Assembly: GCA_945787525.1 (NCBI GenBank) | Contig: CALZJC010000003.1 | Coordinates: 4,950-53,494 of the forward strand | Reading direction: 5' to 3' | Length of the DNA: 48,545 nt | From: Thermoanaerobaculia bacterium | GTDB lineage: Bacteria > Acidobacteriota > Thermoanaerobaculia > Multivoradales > JAHEKO01 | Shown here: in pieces, positions 1 to 9,828 of the stretch | Position numbering within the stretch: position 1 is the first letter of the stretch | How the letters are laid out: every line of letters begins with the position of its first letter | The notes under the pieces: model-generated | The model's input: the letters and a program-made list of their open reading frames with translations, nothing else | What the model was told of the DNA's origin: nothing | The model's database searches: none | Translations under genes and position numbers: made by a program

Positions 1-1
1 C

Positions 2-202
2 GGCGAGACCTCGGCGGTGGAGCAGATCCTGCACCCGATCGCCATCCCGAGAGCCCAGATGGAGCGCGCCCTGGTCAGCGACTACCGGCTCCAGCACACC
101 CTCAGGATGAAGCCCGGCAGGCAGCTCCTGGCCATCGGCGTCCGGGATGAGATCGGCGCCGTCTCCTCGATCGTGCTGGAGCCTCTGGAAGTCGGCAGCT
201 AG
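2..202 (+). CDS. C-terminal fragment of a gene starting upstream of the window; function not recognised
   Basis: The frame is open from the window edge (GETSAVEQILHPIAIPRAQ...LEPLEVGS) and stops at TAG 200-202. No diagnostic motif seen. Confidence 0.4.
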   Translation, partial: GETSAVEQILHPIAIPRAQMERALVSDYRLQHTLRMKPGRQLLAIGVRDEIGAVSSIVLEPLEVGS

Positions 203-206
203 TCTT

Positions 207-1016
207 GTGAGCTCGGTTCACCGCCGGCTACCGCTCGCCGCCCTCGTCGCGGTGCTGGTGTCGTCGCCCCTGGGCGCCGGCGACGAGGCTCCGTCCTCGG
301 CCTCTCGGCCGGCCGTGGTGCTCGAGCTGTTCACCTCGCAAGGCTGCTCGAGCTGCCCCGCCGCCGACCGGGTGCTGAGCCGCCTGGGCAGCGAGGAGCG
401 GGCCGACGGCGTCGCTCTGGTGCCGCTGGCCTTCCACGTCGACTACTGGAACCGGATCGGCTGGGTCGATCCGTTCTCGTCGCCCCGCTGGTCGGCGCGC
501 CAGCGGCGCTACGCCGATCGGTTTGGCCGGCGCTCGGTCTACACGCCGCAGATCGTGCTCAACGGGCGCGCCGAGCTGGTGGGCTCGCACGAGGGCCGGT
601 TGCGAAGGGAGATCCCGTCCGCCGTGCCGTCGCGTGAGGTGGGCCGGGTCGAGATCCTGCAGGCGCGCCTCGACGGGGCGCGGTCCGAGCTGGTCGTCGA
701 TCTGGCGGCCGAGCTGAATGACGGCGGCGAGGCGCCGCGAACGATCGCCAACCTGGCGCTCTTCGAGAGTGGCCTGGTGACCCGGATCGGGTCCGGTGAG
801 AACGCCCGGCTGACGCTCGAGAACGACTATGTCGTGCGGTTGCTGCGGCCCGTGATCGCCTTCGAGCCGGGCCGGCCGGCGCGGCGGGAGCGCACGAGGA
901 TTGGGCTCGATTCGCATTGGGCGGTCGACAACCTCGGTCTGGCGGCATTCCTCCAGGATGCGCAGACGCTGGAGATTCATGCCGCTGTCGTGCTCGAGAA
1001 GCTGGCGCGGCGATGA
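207..1016 (+). CDS. DUF1223-family secreted thioredoxin-like protein (CxxC)
   Basis: Signal-like N-terminus (SSVHRRLPLAALVAVLVSSPLGAG). Motifs VLELFTSQGCSSCPAAD and HVDYWNRIGWVDPF are typical of DUF1223. The track ORF starts at 147 but overlaps the upstream gene, so in-frame GTG 207 is preferred. Confidence 0.75.
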   Translation: MSSVHRRLPLAALVAVLVSSPLGAGDEAPSSASRPAVVLELFTSQGCSSCPAADRVLSRLGSEERADGVALVPLAFHVDYWNRIGWVDPFSSPRWSARQRRYADRFGRRSVYTPQIVLNGRAELVGSHEGRLRREIPSAVPSREVGRVEILQARLDGARSELVVDLAAELNDGGEAPRTIANLALFESGLVTRIGSGENARLTLENDYVVRLLRPVIAFEPGRPARRERTRIGLDSHWAVDNLGLAAFLQDAQTLEIHAAVVLEKLARR

Positions 1017-1088
1017 GGGTCGCCAGATAGAGCCGGCCAGCGGCAGACGCGGCTCGCGCGGCACTGCCACGGTGCGGCTCGAGATGTT

Positions 1089-4000
1089 CTACGGGTCGTA
1101 GCGGAAGTCGCGAAACGACACCCGGAAGAACAGCGAGTACAGCACCGGCACGACGCCCAGGGTCAGCGCGGTGGCGAAGACCAGGCCCCACATGATGGCT
1201 ACGGCCATCGGCTGGTACATCGGGCCGCCACCGAGATAGAGCGGGATCAGCCCGCCGAGGGTGGTGACGGTGGTCAGCAGGATCGGTCGCAGCCGGCGCT
1301 GGGCCGACTCGACCACCGCCATCTGCGAACTCGAGCCGTTCTCCTCGATCTCGAGGCGGATCCGATCCAGCAGCACGATGGCGTTGTTGATGACGATGCC
1401 GGCTAGCGAGATGATGCCCAGCAGGGTCATGAAGCCGACGTAGGAGCGCATCACCACCAGCCCGACCGCCACCCCGATCACCCCCAGCGGGATGGTGATG
1501 AGGATGATCGCCGGCCGGCGCAGGGAGTTGAACTGGGTCACCAGCAGGAGCACGATGATCAGCCCGGCGGTGGGCAGCTGCTCCATGATCGAGGCGTTGG
1601 CCTTCGCCGAGGCCTCCTCTTCGCCGCCCAGCTCCCAGCCGTAGCCCAGCGGCCAGCCGGCGCTTTCGCGCTTCAGCCATGGCACCAGATCTTTGTTGAT
1701 CTGGCTGGCCGTGAAGCCGGGCTCGAGATCGGACTCGACGGTGACCGTCTTGAGCCGGTTGCGCCGGCGGATCTTGGCCGGCTGCCAGGCGAGCTCGATC
1801 TCGGCCACCTGCTGCACCGGCACCGAGCGGCCGGTGGCCTGCGAGAAGACGTTCAAGCTGGCTACCTGTCGGATGCCGCCGGCCGCCGCCTGCTCCGAGC
1901 GCAGGGTGACCGGGATGACCTTGTCGTCCTCTCGATACTCGGTGGTCTCGAAGCCCGAGAAGACCGTCTGCAGCGACAGGGCGATGTCCTGGTTGGTGAC
2001 GCCGGCGCGTCGCGCCCGGGCCTCGTCGATGCGCACCAGGAGCTTCTTCGAGCGGGCGCCCCAGTTGTCGCTGATGCCCCGGGGGCCGGCCAGCTCGCCG
2101 AGCTTCTGCTTGGTCCGGTCTACGAGGTCGAAGACGACGTCGGGGTCGCGGCCCGAGATGCGCACCTCGACCGGGCTGGCCGACGGTGGTCCCAGCGGCA
2201 GGGGATCGATCGTCGCCTTGAGCCCGGGAAAGCCGGCACAGAACTCGCGCAGCCGCGCCAGCGCCACGTCGACCTGGGGGCGACTGGTGGTGTTGATCAG
2301 CAGAAAGGCGTACTCCGGGCTGGGCGGCTCGGGGTTCGAGGAGAGGATGAAGCGCGGCGCTCCCTCGCCGATGAAGGCGGCCCAGTTGAGCACCCCCTCC
2401 TCGCCCGCCGCGACCTGGTCCGGGGTCAGCCGCAGCTGCTCGGCGATGAACGTCTCGACCTCCTCGACCACCGCCTCGGTGGCCGAGAGCGGCGAGCCGG
2501 TGGGCAGCCGCAGCTCGGCCTGCAGCGTGGCGCGCTCGTTGGGCGGGAAGAAGATCACCGGCACCAGGCCGAAGAGCCGGAGCGCGCCGAAGAAGACCAC
2601 CCCGACCAGCACCAGGCTGATCACCGGATGGCGCAGGGCGAGCAGCAACCCGTCCCGGTAGCGGCGGTAGAAGGTGGTGTCGAAGCCGCTCTCGGCGGCC
2701 TTCTTCTTGACCTTGAGAAACAGGACGCAGAGCAGCGGAATCATGGTCAGCGACAGCACCCAGGAGCACAGCAGGGTGATGGTCACCACCTGGAACAGCG
2801 CCTTGGTGTACTCGCCGGTGGTCGATTTGGCGAGCGCGATGGGGAGAAACGCGGCGGCGGTGGTGAGCGACGAGGTGAGCAGGGGGATCCGCAGCTCGGC
2901 CGCCGAGCGCACCGCCGCCTCGACCGCGGCGATGCCCTCGGCCATGCGCACCATGATCGACTCGGACATGACGATGGCGTTGTCCACCAGCAGCCCCAGG
3001 GCGATGATCAACGCCGCCAGCGACATCTGGTTGATGCCGATGCCGAACAGGGCCATGAAGATAAAGCTGGTGATGATCGCCATCGGAATCAGGCTTGCCA
3101 CCACCAGGCCGGTGCGCACGCCGAGGGTCAGGAGCATCACCAGCATGACGATGGTCACCGCCTGGGCCAGGTTGCCGACGAAGTCCTTGACTTTCTTTTC
3201 CACCGCGTCGGCCTGGAAGACGACGTAGTCGAACTCCACTCCGATCGGGTACTCGCTGCGCACCCGGTCGATCGTCTCGCGCACTGCCGCGCCGAGGTCG
3301 AGGATGTTGCCGCCCTCGCGCAGCGAGATGGCCAGCGCCAGCCCGGGCTCGCCGCTGGCCCGCATCTTGGCGCGCGGCGGGTCGACATAGCCGCGGTAGA
3401 CGCTGGCGACATCCTGCAGGGTCAGCAGCTCGCCGCCGGGCAGGCTGATGACCGTGCGGCGCAGCTCCTCCACCGACTCGAAGTTGCCGCTGGGCTCGAA
3501 GACGATCTCCTCGAACGGCGTGCGGACCTGCCCCCCCGGGTTGATGATGTTGCGGCTCTCGAGGATCTGCCGCAGCTGCAGCGGCGACAGGCCCAGCTCG
3601 GCCAGCCGGGCGTTGTTGTACTCGACGAAGATCCGCTCGTCCTGGTCGCCGTAGATCTCCACCTTGGCGACCTCGCCGATCAGCAGCAGCTCGTCGCGCA
3701 CCTCGTCGGCGACCTTCTTGAGCTCGGCGTACGAGAAGCCGTCGCCGGTGATCGTGACGACGGTGCCGAAGACGTCGCCGAACTCGTCGTTGACGACGGG
3801 CCCGATGATGCCGTCGGGAAGCTCGGGCGTGACCCGCTCGACCTTGCGCCGCAGGTCGTCCCAGATCGGCCGCATCTCCTTGTAGCTCTCCAGGATGTTG
3901 ACCATGATGATCGACACGCCGGTCTTCGACTGGCTGGTCACCGAGTCGAGCTGCGGGATCTCCTGGATCGCCTTCTCCAGCTTGTCGGTCACCAGCTGCT

Positions 4001-4178
4001 CGACCCGCTCGGGGCTGGCGCCGGGGAAGATGGTCTGCACCATGGCGGTGCGGATGATGAAGCCTGGGTCCTCCGACTGCGGCATCCCCAGATAGGACTG
4101 GATGCCGGCCACTACCAGCACCGCCAGGACGACGAAGGTGACCCGGTTCTTCTCGATGGCGGCGCGGGTGAAACTCAT
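1089..4178 (-). CDS. RND efflux transporter, inner-membrane permease (AcrB/HAE-type)
   Basis: 1029 aa. The N-terminus MSFTRAAIEKNRVTFVVLAVLVVAG is followed by large periplasmic loops and repeated TM bundles. 4-nt overlap with the adaptor gene upstream. Confidence 0.9.
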   Translation of the reverse strand: MSFTRAAIEKNRVTFVVLAVLVVAGIQSYLGMPQSEDPGFIIRTAMVQTIFPGASPERVEQLVTDKLEKAIQEIPQLDSVTSQSKTGVSIIMVNILESYKEMRPIWDDLRRKVERVTPELPDGIIGPVVNDEFGDVFGTVVTITGDGFSYAELKKVADEVRDELLLIGEVAKVEIYGDQDERIFVEYNNARLAELGLSPLQLRQILESRNIINPGGQVRTPFEEIVFEPSGNFESVEELRRTVISLPGGELLTLQDVASVYRGYVDPPRAKMRASGEPGLALAISLREGGNILDLGAAVRETIDRVRSEYPIGVEFDYVVFQADAVEKKVKDFVGNLAQAVTIVMLVMLLTLGVRTGLVVASLIPMAIITSFIFMALFGIGINQMSLAALIIALGLLVDNAIVMSESIMVRMAEGIAAVEAAVRSAAELRIPLLTSSLTTAAAFLPIALAKSTTGEYTKALFQVVTITLLCSWVLSLTMIPLLCVLFLKVKKKAAESGFDTTFYRRYRDGLLLALRHPVISLVLVGVVFFGALRLFGLVPVIFFPPNERATLQAELRLPTGSPLSATEAVVEEVETFIAEQLRLTPDQVAAGEEGVLNWAAFIGEGAPRFILSSNPEPPSPEYAFLLINTTSRPQVDVALARLREFCAGFPGLKATIDPLPLGPPSASPVEVRISGRDPDVVFDLVDRTKQKLGELAGPRGISDNWGARSKKLLVRIDEARARRAGVTNQDIALSLQTVFSGFETTEYREDDKVIPVTLRSEQAAAGGIRQVASLNVFSQATGRSVPVQQVAEIELAWQPAKIRRRNRLKTVTVESDLEPGFTASQINKDLVPWLKRESAGWPLGYGWELGGEEEASAKANASIMEQLPTAGLIIVLLLVTQFNSLRRPAIILITIPLGVIGVAVGLVVMRSYVGFMTLLGIISLAGIVINNAIVLLDRIRLEIEENGSSSQMAVVESAQRRLRPILLTTVTTLGGLIPLYLGGGPMYQPMAVAIMWGLVFATALTLGVVPVLYSLFFRVSFRDFRYDP

Positions 4179-5308
4179 GCCGCGCTCTCGCCGGGGGCGG
4201 CGGCGAGCACCTTGACCGCCATACCGTCCGAAAGGCGGCGGACCCCGGCGGTGACCACTTCCTCACCCTCGGCCAGGCCGTCCAGGATCTCGATGCCGCC
4301 CAATCCCTCGGTCGGCTCGCCGACTCGTACTGCCCGCCGGTGCACCACGCCGGTCCCGTTGTCGCCGCGCTCGAGCACAAAGACGAAGCGGCCGTCACGG
4401 TCTTCGCCGATCGCCACGCCAGGCGCCAGAATCCGCTCCCCGCGGTCTCCTTTGAAGGTGAATGTGACTTCCGCCGCCATCCCGGAGCGTACGTCGTCGG
4501 CCGGCTCGGCGATGCCGGCGGTCACCTGGAAGGTGCTGGCGCTGCCGGTCACGGCCACGCCGACCTCGGTGATCTCCGCCGCCAGCTGCCGTCCGGGCAG
4601 GGCGTCGAAACGCACGCTGACCGGCTGGCCCACTTCCACCTGGGCGATCAGCACCTCGGGCACCGCAACCTCGATCTCCGGCTCGGCACCGGCGGTGAGC
4701 AGGAAGACCTGCCTGCCGGCGCCGACGTTCTCGTTGACCTCGAGCGAGACCGCGGCGATGGCGCCGTCGCTGGGCGCTCTCAGCACGGTGTAGCCGACCT
4801 GCTGGCCGGCCTGCTCGAGCCGCTTGGCGCTCGACTCCACCTGGGCCTGCGCCGATTCGGCGCCGGCGCGGGCGGCGTCGAGCTCGCCCTTCGAGGCGTT
4901 CTTGTTCTCGTACAGGGCGCGCACCCGCTCGTAGTCGGCCTCGGCGCGCCGCAGGCCGGCCTGGGCCTGGGCGAGACCGGCCTCGGCCTCGTCGACCTTG
5001 AGCTCATAGTCGGTGGGATCGAGCCGCGCCAGTATCTGGCGGTTGCGGACCCGGTCGCCCAGCGCCACGTCGACCGAGTCGACGGTGCCGGCCACCCGGA
5101 AGCTCAACCGCGACTCGACGCCGGCGCGCGCCACCCCGGCCAACGTGCGGGTCACGCCGCCGCCGCTGCGCTCGACGAACACGGTGCGTACCGGTCTGAG
5201 CTCCGGTGTCGCCGCTTGCGGCTCGTCGCCGCAACCGGCGAGGCCCGTGGCCAGGGTCAGGATCAGCAGGCCGAGGCTCGGCCGGGACAGCTCGCGCGGA
5301 TCGTTCAT
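4175..5308 (-). CDS. RND efflux periplasmic adaptor (membrane fusion protein, HlyD family), lipoprotein
   Basis: Lipobox LATGLAGCGDE. Coiled-coil hairpin (EAEAGLAQAQAGLRRAEADYERVRALYE), then beta-barrel/MP domains. 4-nt overlaps with both the OMF and RND genes. Confidence 0.9.
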   Translation of the reverse strand: MNDPRELSRPSLGLLILTLATGLAGCGDEPQAATPELRPVRTVFVERSGGGVTRTLAGVARAGVESRLSFRVAGTVDSVDVALGDRVRNRQILARLDPTDYELKVDEAEAGLAQAQAGLRRAEADYERVRALYENKNASKGELDAARAGAESAQAQVESSAKRLEQAGQQVGYTVLRAPSDGAIAAVSLEVNENVGAGRQVFLLTAGAEPEIEVAVPEVLIAQVEVGQPVSVRFDALPGRQLAAEITEVGVAVTGSASTFQVTAGIAEPADDVRSGMAAEVTFTFKGDRGERILAPGVAIGEDRDGRFVFVLERGDNGTGVVHRRAVRVGEPTEGLGGIEILDGLAEGEEVVTAGVRRLSDGMAVKVLAAAPGESAA

Positions 5309-7749
5309 GGGCTCGGCTCCGTTGGTGTCGCGCCGGCGCGCTCGAAATACTCCTCGAGCCGCTGGTACCAGAGGTCCCGCTCCACCGGGCCGAGAAAGAA
5401 ATCGAACCGGTTGGCGGTGCGCTGGACGTCCATCAGGTCGATGAAGAAGTCGTAGATCGAGTTGGCTTCGAGCAGCTCGGCGTTGAGCGCCACATTCTGC
5501 GCATCCAACAGCTCGAGGATCGACACCGCGCCTCGGGCGTAGGCGTCCTCGACCAGGTCGAGGCTCTGGTGCGCCGCCTCGGAGGCCTGCCGCGACAGCG
5601 CGATGCCGGCGTACGAGGCGCGGGCCAGCTCGACCCCGGAACGGATCCGCTGGGCGATCCTTTCGGCCACGGCGTCGCGCTCCAGGCTCAGCCGGTCGAG
5701 GTCGATCGTCGCCTGCATCGCCGCCGCCCGCTGGGCGCCGCCAGCGAACAGGGTGACAACGGCGCTCAGGCCGAGGCTCCAGCTGGTGTCGTCGGCCGTC
5801 GGCAGGGAAAGGCCGGGCAGCGAGACCGCCTGGGAGCCGGCGCCCGAGCGGGAGAGCCGCTCATCGAGGCTGGCCTGGAGGCCGATCGTCGGTACCCAGG
5901 AGGCGCGTCGGGCGGCGGCGACCGCGCGCCGCTGAGCGGCGATCGCGGCGTCGAGCGCCCGCAGCTCGGGCGCTGCAGCCAAGCCCTCGTCGACCATGAA
6001 GTCGCGCAGCACGCGCAGCCGCTGCGGCGTCGTGGTGTAGCCCTGGAAGCGCTCTTGACCGGTGATCAGGTAGGCGTCGGTCAGGTTCACCTCGGCGGTC
6101 AGGAAGCGCTCTTCGAGGTCGCGGTGCAGCAGCCGGTTGAGTGCTATCTCGGCCACCCGCCGTTGGGCCAACGCCTCGATCAGCCCCTTGCGGTCGGTGG
6201 CGATCTGGCTCTCCCAGCGGAACACCTCGGCCGGGTTGGCGGCACCGATGGTGCGTCGGATCCGCGCCAGCTCGAGGTTGGACCGGGTGAGCTGCAGGTT
6301 GTTGCGCTGCACCTGGGTCAAGGTCTTGGCACGCAGCAGGTTGAGATAGGTGACCGCCCCCTCGAGCGCGATGTCGAGGCGCAGCGCTTCGAGCTCCTGC
6401 TCACGCGACAGCTGCACGTTGCGCTGGATGGCCAGATTGGCGAGCGCTCCGTCCGAGTAGAGCAGCTGCCGGACGGCGGCCGAGCCGGTCAGGGTGCGCT
6501 CGGCCTGGGAGCCGAAGCTGGCCGCGGCGCTGTCGTCATCGATCTGGACACCGGTGGCCGACAGGTCGAACTGCGGCCGGAAAGCGGCTCGCGCCTGCGC
6601 CACGTCCTGTTCGCCGGCCGCCACAGTCAGCCGCCGTGCTGCCAGATCCAGGTTGGCCTCTATGGCCAGCTCCACCGCGCTCTCCAGCGCCAGCGTCGGC
6701 AGGTCCGAGGCCTCGGGGTGCAGCAGGCGGGCCTCGACCAGCGTGCCCCAGCTGGGCGAGACGCCGATCGCCCGAGCGGTGGCCATGTTGATGGTCAGCT
6801 GGTCGCGCATCTCGAAGTCGACCGGCAGCTCGCCGGGCTCGGCGCCGAGCAGAATGCGCTGCAGGTTGAGCGCCAGACGACGGGTCAGCCGCGGCAGAAA
6901 CTCGTCCGAGCCCAGGCTGGCGAGCATGCCGAGCTCCACGTCGATGCCACCCAGCGCCGAGAAGGAAGGCAGCCGGCGCTCGTTGAGGCCGTCGATCAGC
7001 CTGCGCCTCTCGTCGGGCGACACCAGAAAGAGAGGCCATACGAAGACGGCGTCGACGTCGGTCGAGATCGCGGTCAGGGCCTCGGCGGCGTTGTCGCGGA
7101 CGCCGATGTACTGGAACTCCAGACCCAGCTCGCGGAGGGTCTCCCGGGTGCGCGGCTCGAGCCCCGGGATCGCCTCGAGCAGCGCCGCGATGGTGACGAT
7201 CGCCACTTTGCGAAACGGCACCAGCTGGCGGAAGAAGCCCAGCTCGTCGGCCAGATTGTCGGGCAGCGAGACGTAGCTCAAGTTGGGCACGCCGCTGGCG
7301 CCGTTGTCGAACGGCGCCCCCTGGATCACCCGATCGATCATCACCGGTGCGATGACCGGCTTGGGCAGGGCACCGCGGCAGCAGACGGAGTGGGAGGCCA
7401 ACATGCCCCAGGTGATCACAACGTCGACCTGCGGGTCGGCGAGCAGCAGTTCGAGGTTGCTGCGCGCCGTCTCGGCCGTCCAGTCACCGATGAGATAGGA
7501 CTCGTCGGGGAACCGCACATCGAACTCGCCCTCGGTCAGCGCAGTGACCTCTCGGCGGGTCAGCTCCCGGATTCCGGGGTTGCCTTCCCAGGGCCCGTCG
7601 ACGACGACCCCGACGCGCACCATCGGCAGCTCGGCGGCGACCAGGCCTGCGGCACAGAGCCAGCCCGCCAGCAATGCCACGACCAGCAGCCGAGCTCGCT
7701 TCGCCCTGCGATGGCTCCAGCGGTTCTTGACAACCGTCATTCTGGCCAT
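5305..7749 (-). CDS. TolC-like outer membrane efflux protein with N-terminal ABC_sub_bind/periplasmic-binding-protein-like domain (fusion)
   Basis: 814 aa. Residues about 40-340 resemble the PF04392-type fold (VGVVVDGPW..., DVVITWG, KPVIAPV, VAIVT, ...ILLGAEPGELPVDFEMRDQLTINMATARAIGV). Residues about 350-814 have two OEP repeats (LDLAARRL..., LELARIRRTIGAANPAEV...). An alternative start at ATG 7740 has better SD spacing. Confidence 0.8.
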   Translation of the reverse strand: MARMTVVKNRWSHRRAKRARLLVVALLAGWLCAAGLVAAELPMVRVGVVVDGPWEGNPGIRELTRREVTALTEGEFDVRFPDESYLIGDWTAETARSNLELLLADPQVDVVITWGMLASHSVCCRGALPKPVIAPVMIDRVIQGAPFDNGASGVPNLSYVSLPDNLADELGFFRQLVPFRKVAIVTIAALLEAIPGLEPRTRETLRELGLEFQYIGVRDNAAEALTAISTDVDAVFVWPLFLVSPDERRRLIDGLNERRLPSFSALGGIDVELGMLASLGSDEFLPRLTRRLALNLQRILLGAEPGELPVDFEMRDQLTINMATARAIGVSPSWGTLVEARLLHPEASDLPTLALESAVELAIEANLDLAARRLTVAAGEQDVAQARAAFRPQFDLSATGVQIDDDSAAASFGSQAERTLTGSAAVRQLLYSDGALANLAIQRNVQLSREQELEALRLDIALEGAVTYLNLLRAKTLTQVQRNNLQLTRSNLELARIRRTIGAANPAEVFRWESQIATDRKGLIEALAQRRVAEIALNRLLHRDLEERFLTAEVNLTDAYLITGQERFQGYTTTPQRLRVLRDFMVDEGLAAAPELRALDAAIAAQRRAVAAARRASWVPTIGLQASLDERLSRSGAGSQAVSLPGLSLPTADDTSWSLGLSAVVTLFAGGAQRAAAMQATIDLDRLSLERDAVAERIAQRIRSGVELARASYAGIALSRQASEAAHQSLDLVEDAYARGAVSILELLDAQNVALNAELLEANSIYDFFIDLMDVQRTANRFDFFLGPVERDLWYQRLEEYFERAGATPTEPSP

Positions 7750-7828
7750 TCCTCGGTGCCTCTATGGTCGAAAAACCGATGGTAGCGGCTGGAGAGGCCG
7801 AGTGCCAGTCGGTTCTGGCGGTAGACTC

Positions 7829-9814
7829 ATGGCCTCGATGCGAGGAGACATCCGAGGCGTTCTGGCGTCGCTGGTTCTCGCTGTCCTCATGTCCGTGATC
7901 CCGGCCTCTGCAGAGACGCTGTTCGAGGACGATTTCGAATCCGGTCTCGCCGGCTGGGAGGTCAGCGATCCGGAGACGATCACTATCGTGGACTCGGGCG
8001 ATGAGGCCTACGGCAGGGTGCTCCATCTGGCTCCAGCCGGGGCGCGGCTGCACGCCCTGATCCGCGGCTCCGAGAGGTGGGGTGGCTATCGGATCGAGGG
8101 CGAGGTGCTGTTTCCGGAGGACGAGCACAACTACCTGGGCCTGATCTACCACTACCGCCAGGACGACCGCCGGGTAGATCTGGGCTCGCTCTACATCAAG
8201 GGCAATGGCAGCTACATCCGGGTCAACCCGCGGCGCGACTGGAATCCGGGCCGCATGCTGTACGAGGAGTACCGCACGGCGCTGACCGGCGATGACGCCA
8301 TCGTTATCGGCGAGTGGCAGTCGTTCGCGGCCGAGGTCGTGGGCTCGGTCTGCCATCTCTATGTCGGCGATTCGAGGACCCCCAAGGTGACCTTCGACTA
8401 CTACGAGGCCGACTCGGGCCGGGCGGGGTTCAAGCCCCGGGTCGTCGGCGGGCCGGTCTGGCTGGACAATGTAAGGGTCGTCAGCCTGGATCGGCTCACG
8501 TATCGTGGCCCAAGGCTGCCGCTCGGCATCACCTACGACACCGCCGATGCGGTCAGCGGCTGGGAGGTCCTGGGTCCGCTGACAAGAACGGTTCCCGAGG
8601 TGGAGGCCGCCGGCGGTTTTGGTGAGGGGGCCGAGTGGGTCGAGGACGACGGTCGGCGGGTCGGCTGGCGGCCGTTCGCCGTCGACCCGCGCGGAGCGGT
8701 CCTCACCGGTCGGGTGACCGAGTATCTGGGGAGTCGCACCGTGGCCTACTTCCGCGCCACCGTCGAGGTGCCCGAGGGACCGCGGGTCCGCTTCGAGCTC
8801 AGCTCGCTGGACAACCTGGCGTTCTGGACCGACGGTGTCTTCGACGGCTACTTCGAGCTGCGCGATCGTTTCGCCTGGCACGATTTCGGTCGTAACCCGG
8901 AGCACCCGCGCACCAACGGTTACGGCGAGCTCGACCTGGGCACCCACCGGTTGCTGGTGCGCGCCCGTGGTGGCCAGTACGCCACCGGTGGCTTCTTCAC
9001 CCGGCTCGTACCCGAAGCGCGGCCGGCCGAGGAGCTGGACTGTTCGCCGGTGCCTGGTGCAGAGCAGGTTCTCGAGCGCGCCGGAGTGGTGCTGGTGGGC
9101 GAGATCCATGGCACCGTAGAAAGCCCCGCATTCGTGGCGGCGCTCGCCTGCCAGACGCTGCGAGCCGGCAAGTCGGTCACCGTCGGCTTCGAGTTGGAGG
9201 AGTCCGAGGAAGCGAGGTTCTCCGCCTATCTGGCCTCCGACGGTAGCGCTGCAGCGCGCGCCGCCTTACTCGCCGGCCGGCCATGGCAGGCGACCGGACA
9301 GGGCCAGTACGGCGCCACCAGCGAAGCGATGCTCGCATTGCTGGAGAGCCTGCGTCTGCTGCGGCGTCAGGGCCGGCCGGTGAGCTTCGCGCTCTTCAAC
9401 CGCACCGACAGGAGTAGCTCGCAGGATCGGGACCGCAAGATGGCGAGAACCCTGGGCGCCCTCGTCGAACGTTCGCCCGCCGATCTGTTCCTCGCTCTTA
9501 CCGGCAACATCCACAGCCGCCTCGCGCCCGGCACACCCTGGGATCCGGACTACGAGCCCATGGGCTTTCTCTTGCGCCGGGACAACCCGGGCTTGCGAGT
9601 CGTCTCTCTCGACGTTTCCCACGCTGGCGGCAGCGCCTGGTTGTGCACCCCGGAGGCTTGCGGCGTCCGCGGTATGGGCGCCCGCGTCGAGCATGGCCAG
9701 GAGTTGTTCGCGATCGCACTGCAGGATGAGCTTCAGGCCGACGGTCACCACGGCCGCTACTTCGCCGGCGAGATCCACGCTTCTCCGCCGGCGGTGCGCA
9801 GCGAACCGGACTGA
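7829..9814 (+). CDS. Secreted multidomain protein: DUF1080/LamG-like jelly roll + beta-sandwich + ChaN/EreA/Tiki-like C-terminal domain
   Basis: Start moved to ATG 7829, which gives the signal peptide MASMRGDIRGVLASLVLAVLMSVIPASA. ETLFEDDFESGLAGWEV... is DUF1080-like. The C-terminal VVLVGEIHGTVESPAF...VTVGFELEE and TGNIHS match the GExH...E / GxxH pattern of the ChaN/EreA superfamily. Confidence 0.65.
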   Translation: MASMRGDIRGVLASLVLAVLMSVIPASAETLFEDDFESGLAGWEVSDPETITIVDSGDEAYGRVLHLAPAGARLHALIRGSERWGGYRIEGEVLFPEDEHNYLGLIYHYRQDDRRVDLGSLYIKGNGSYIRVNPRRDWNPGRMLYEEYRTALTGDDAIVIGEWQSFAAEVVGSVCHLYVGDSRTPKVTFDYYEADSGRAGFKPRVVGGPVWLDNVRVVSLDRLTYRGPRLPLGITYDTADAVSGWEVLGPLTRTVPEVEAAGGFGEGAEWVEDDGRRVGWRPFAVDPRGAVLTGRVTEYLGSRTVAYFRATVEVPEGPRVRFELSSLDNLAFWTDGVFDGYFELRDRFAWHDFGRNPEHPRTNGYGELDLGTHRLLVRARGGQYATGGFFTRLVPEARPAEELDCSPVPGAEQVLERAGVVLVGEIHGTVESPAFVAALACQTLRAGKSVTVGFELEESEEARFSAYLASDGSAAARAALLAGRPWQATGQGQYGATSEAMLALLESLRLLRRQGRPVSFALFNRTDRSSSQDRDRKMARTLGALVERSPADLFLALTGNIHSRLAPGTPWDPDYEPMGFLLRRDNPGLRVVSLDVSHAGGSAWLCTPEACGVRGMGARVEHGQELFAIALQDELQADGHHGRYFAGEIHASPPAVRSEPD

Positions 9815-9828
9815 GCGACGGCAGACTG

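Noticed and set aside
1017-1088. Possible bidirectional terminator between the convergent DUF1223 and RND genes (GGCAG...CTGCC)
   Set aside because: There is only a 5-bp outer stem with a long, poorly paired interior and no U-tract. That is not enough to annotate.
559-4398. 1279-aa minus-strand ORF, plus the 721-aa (2628..4793) and 859-aa (5206..7785) plus-strand ORFs overlapping the RND operon
   Set aside because: They are extremely Arg/Pro/Gly/Ala-rich with no motifs, and lie off-frame or antisense to genes with clear AcrB, MFP and TolC signatures. Long stop-free frames like these are expected at this GC content.
7544-7828. Upstream 95 codons of ORF 7544..9814; likewise 22081..22593, 43890..45068, 32017..34689 and 24778..25989 N-terminal extensions
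   Set aside because: The extensions overlap neighbouring genes or promoters and are low complexity. Internal ATG starts with SD sequences give proper signal peptides or family N-termini.
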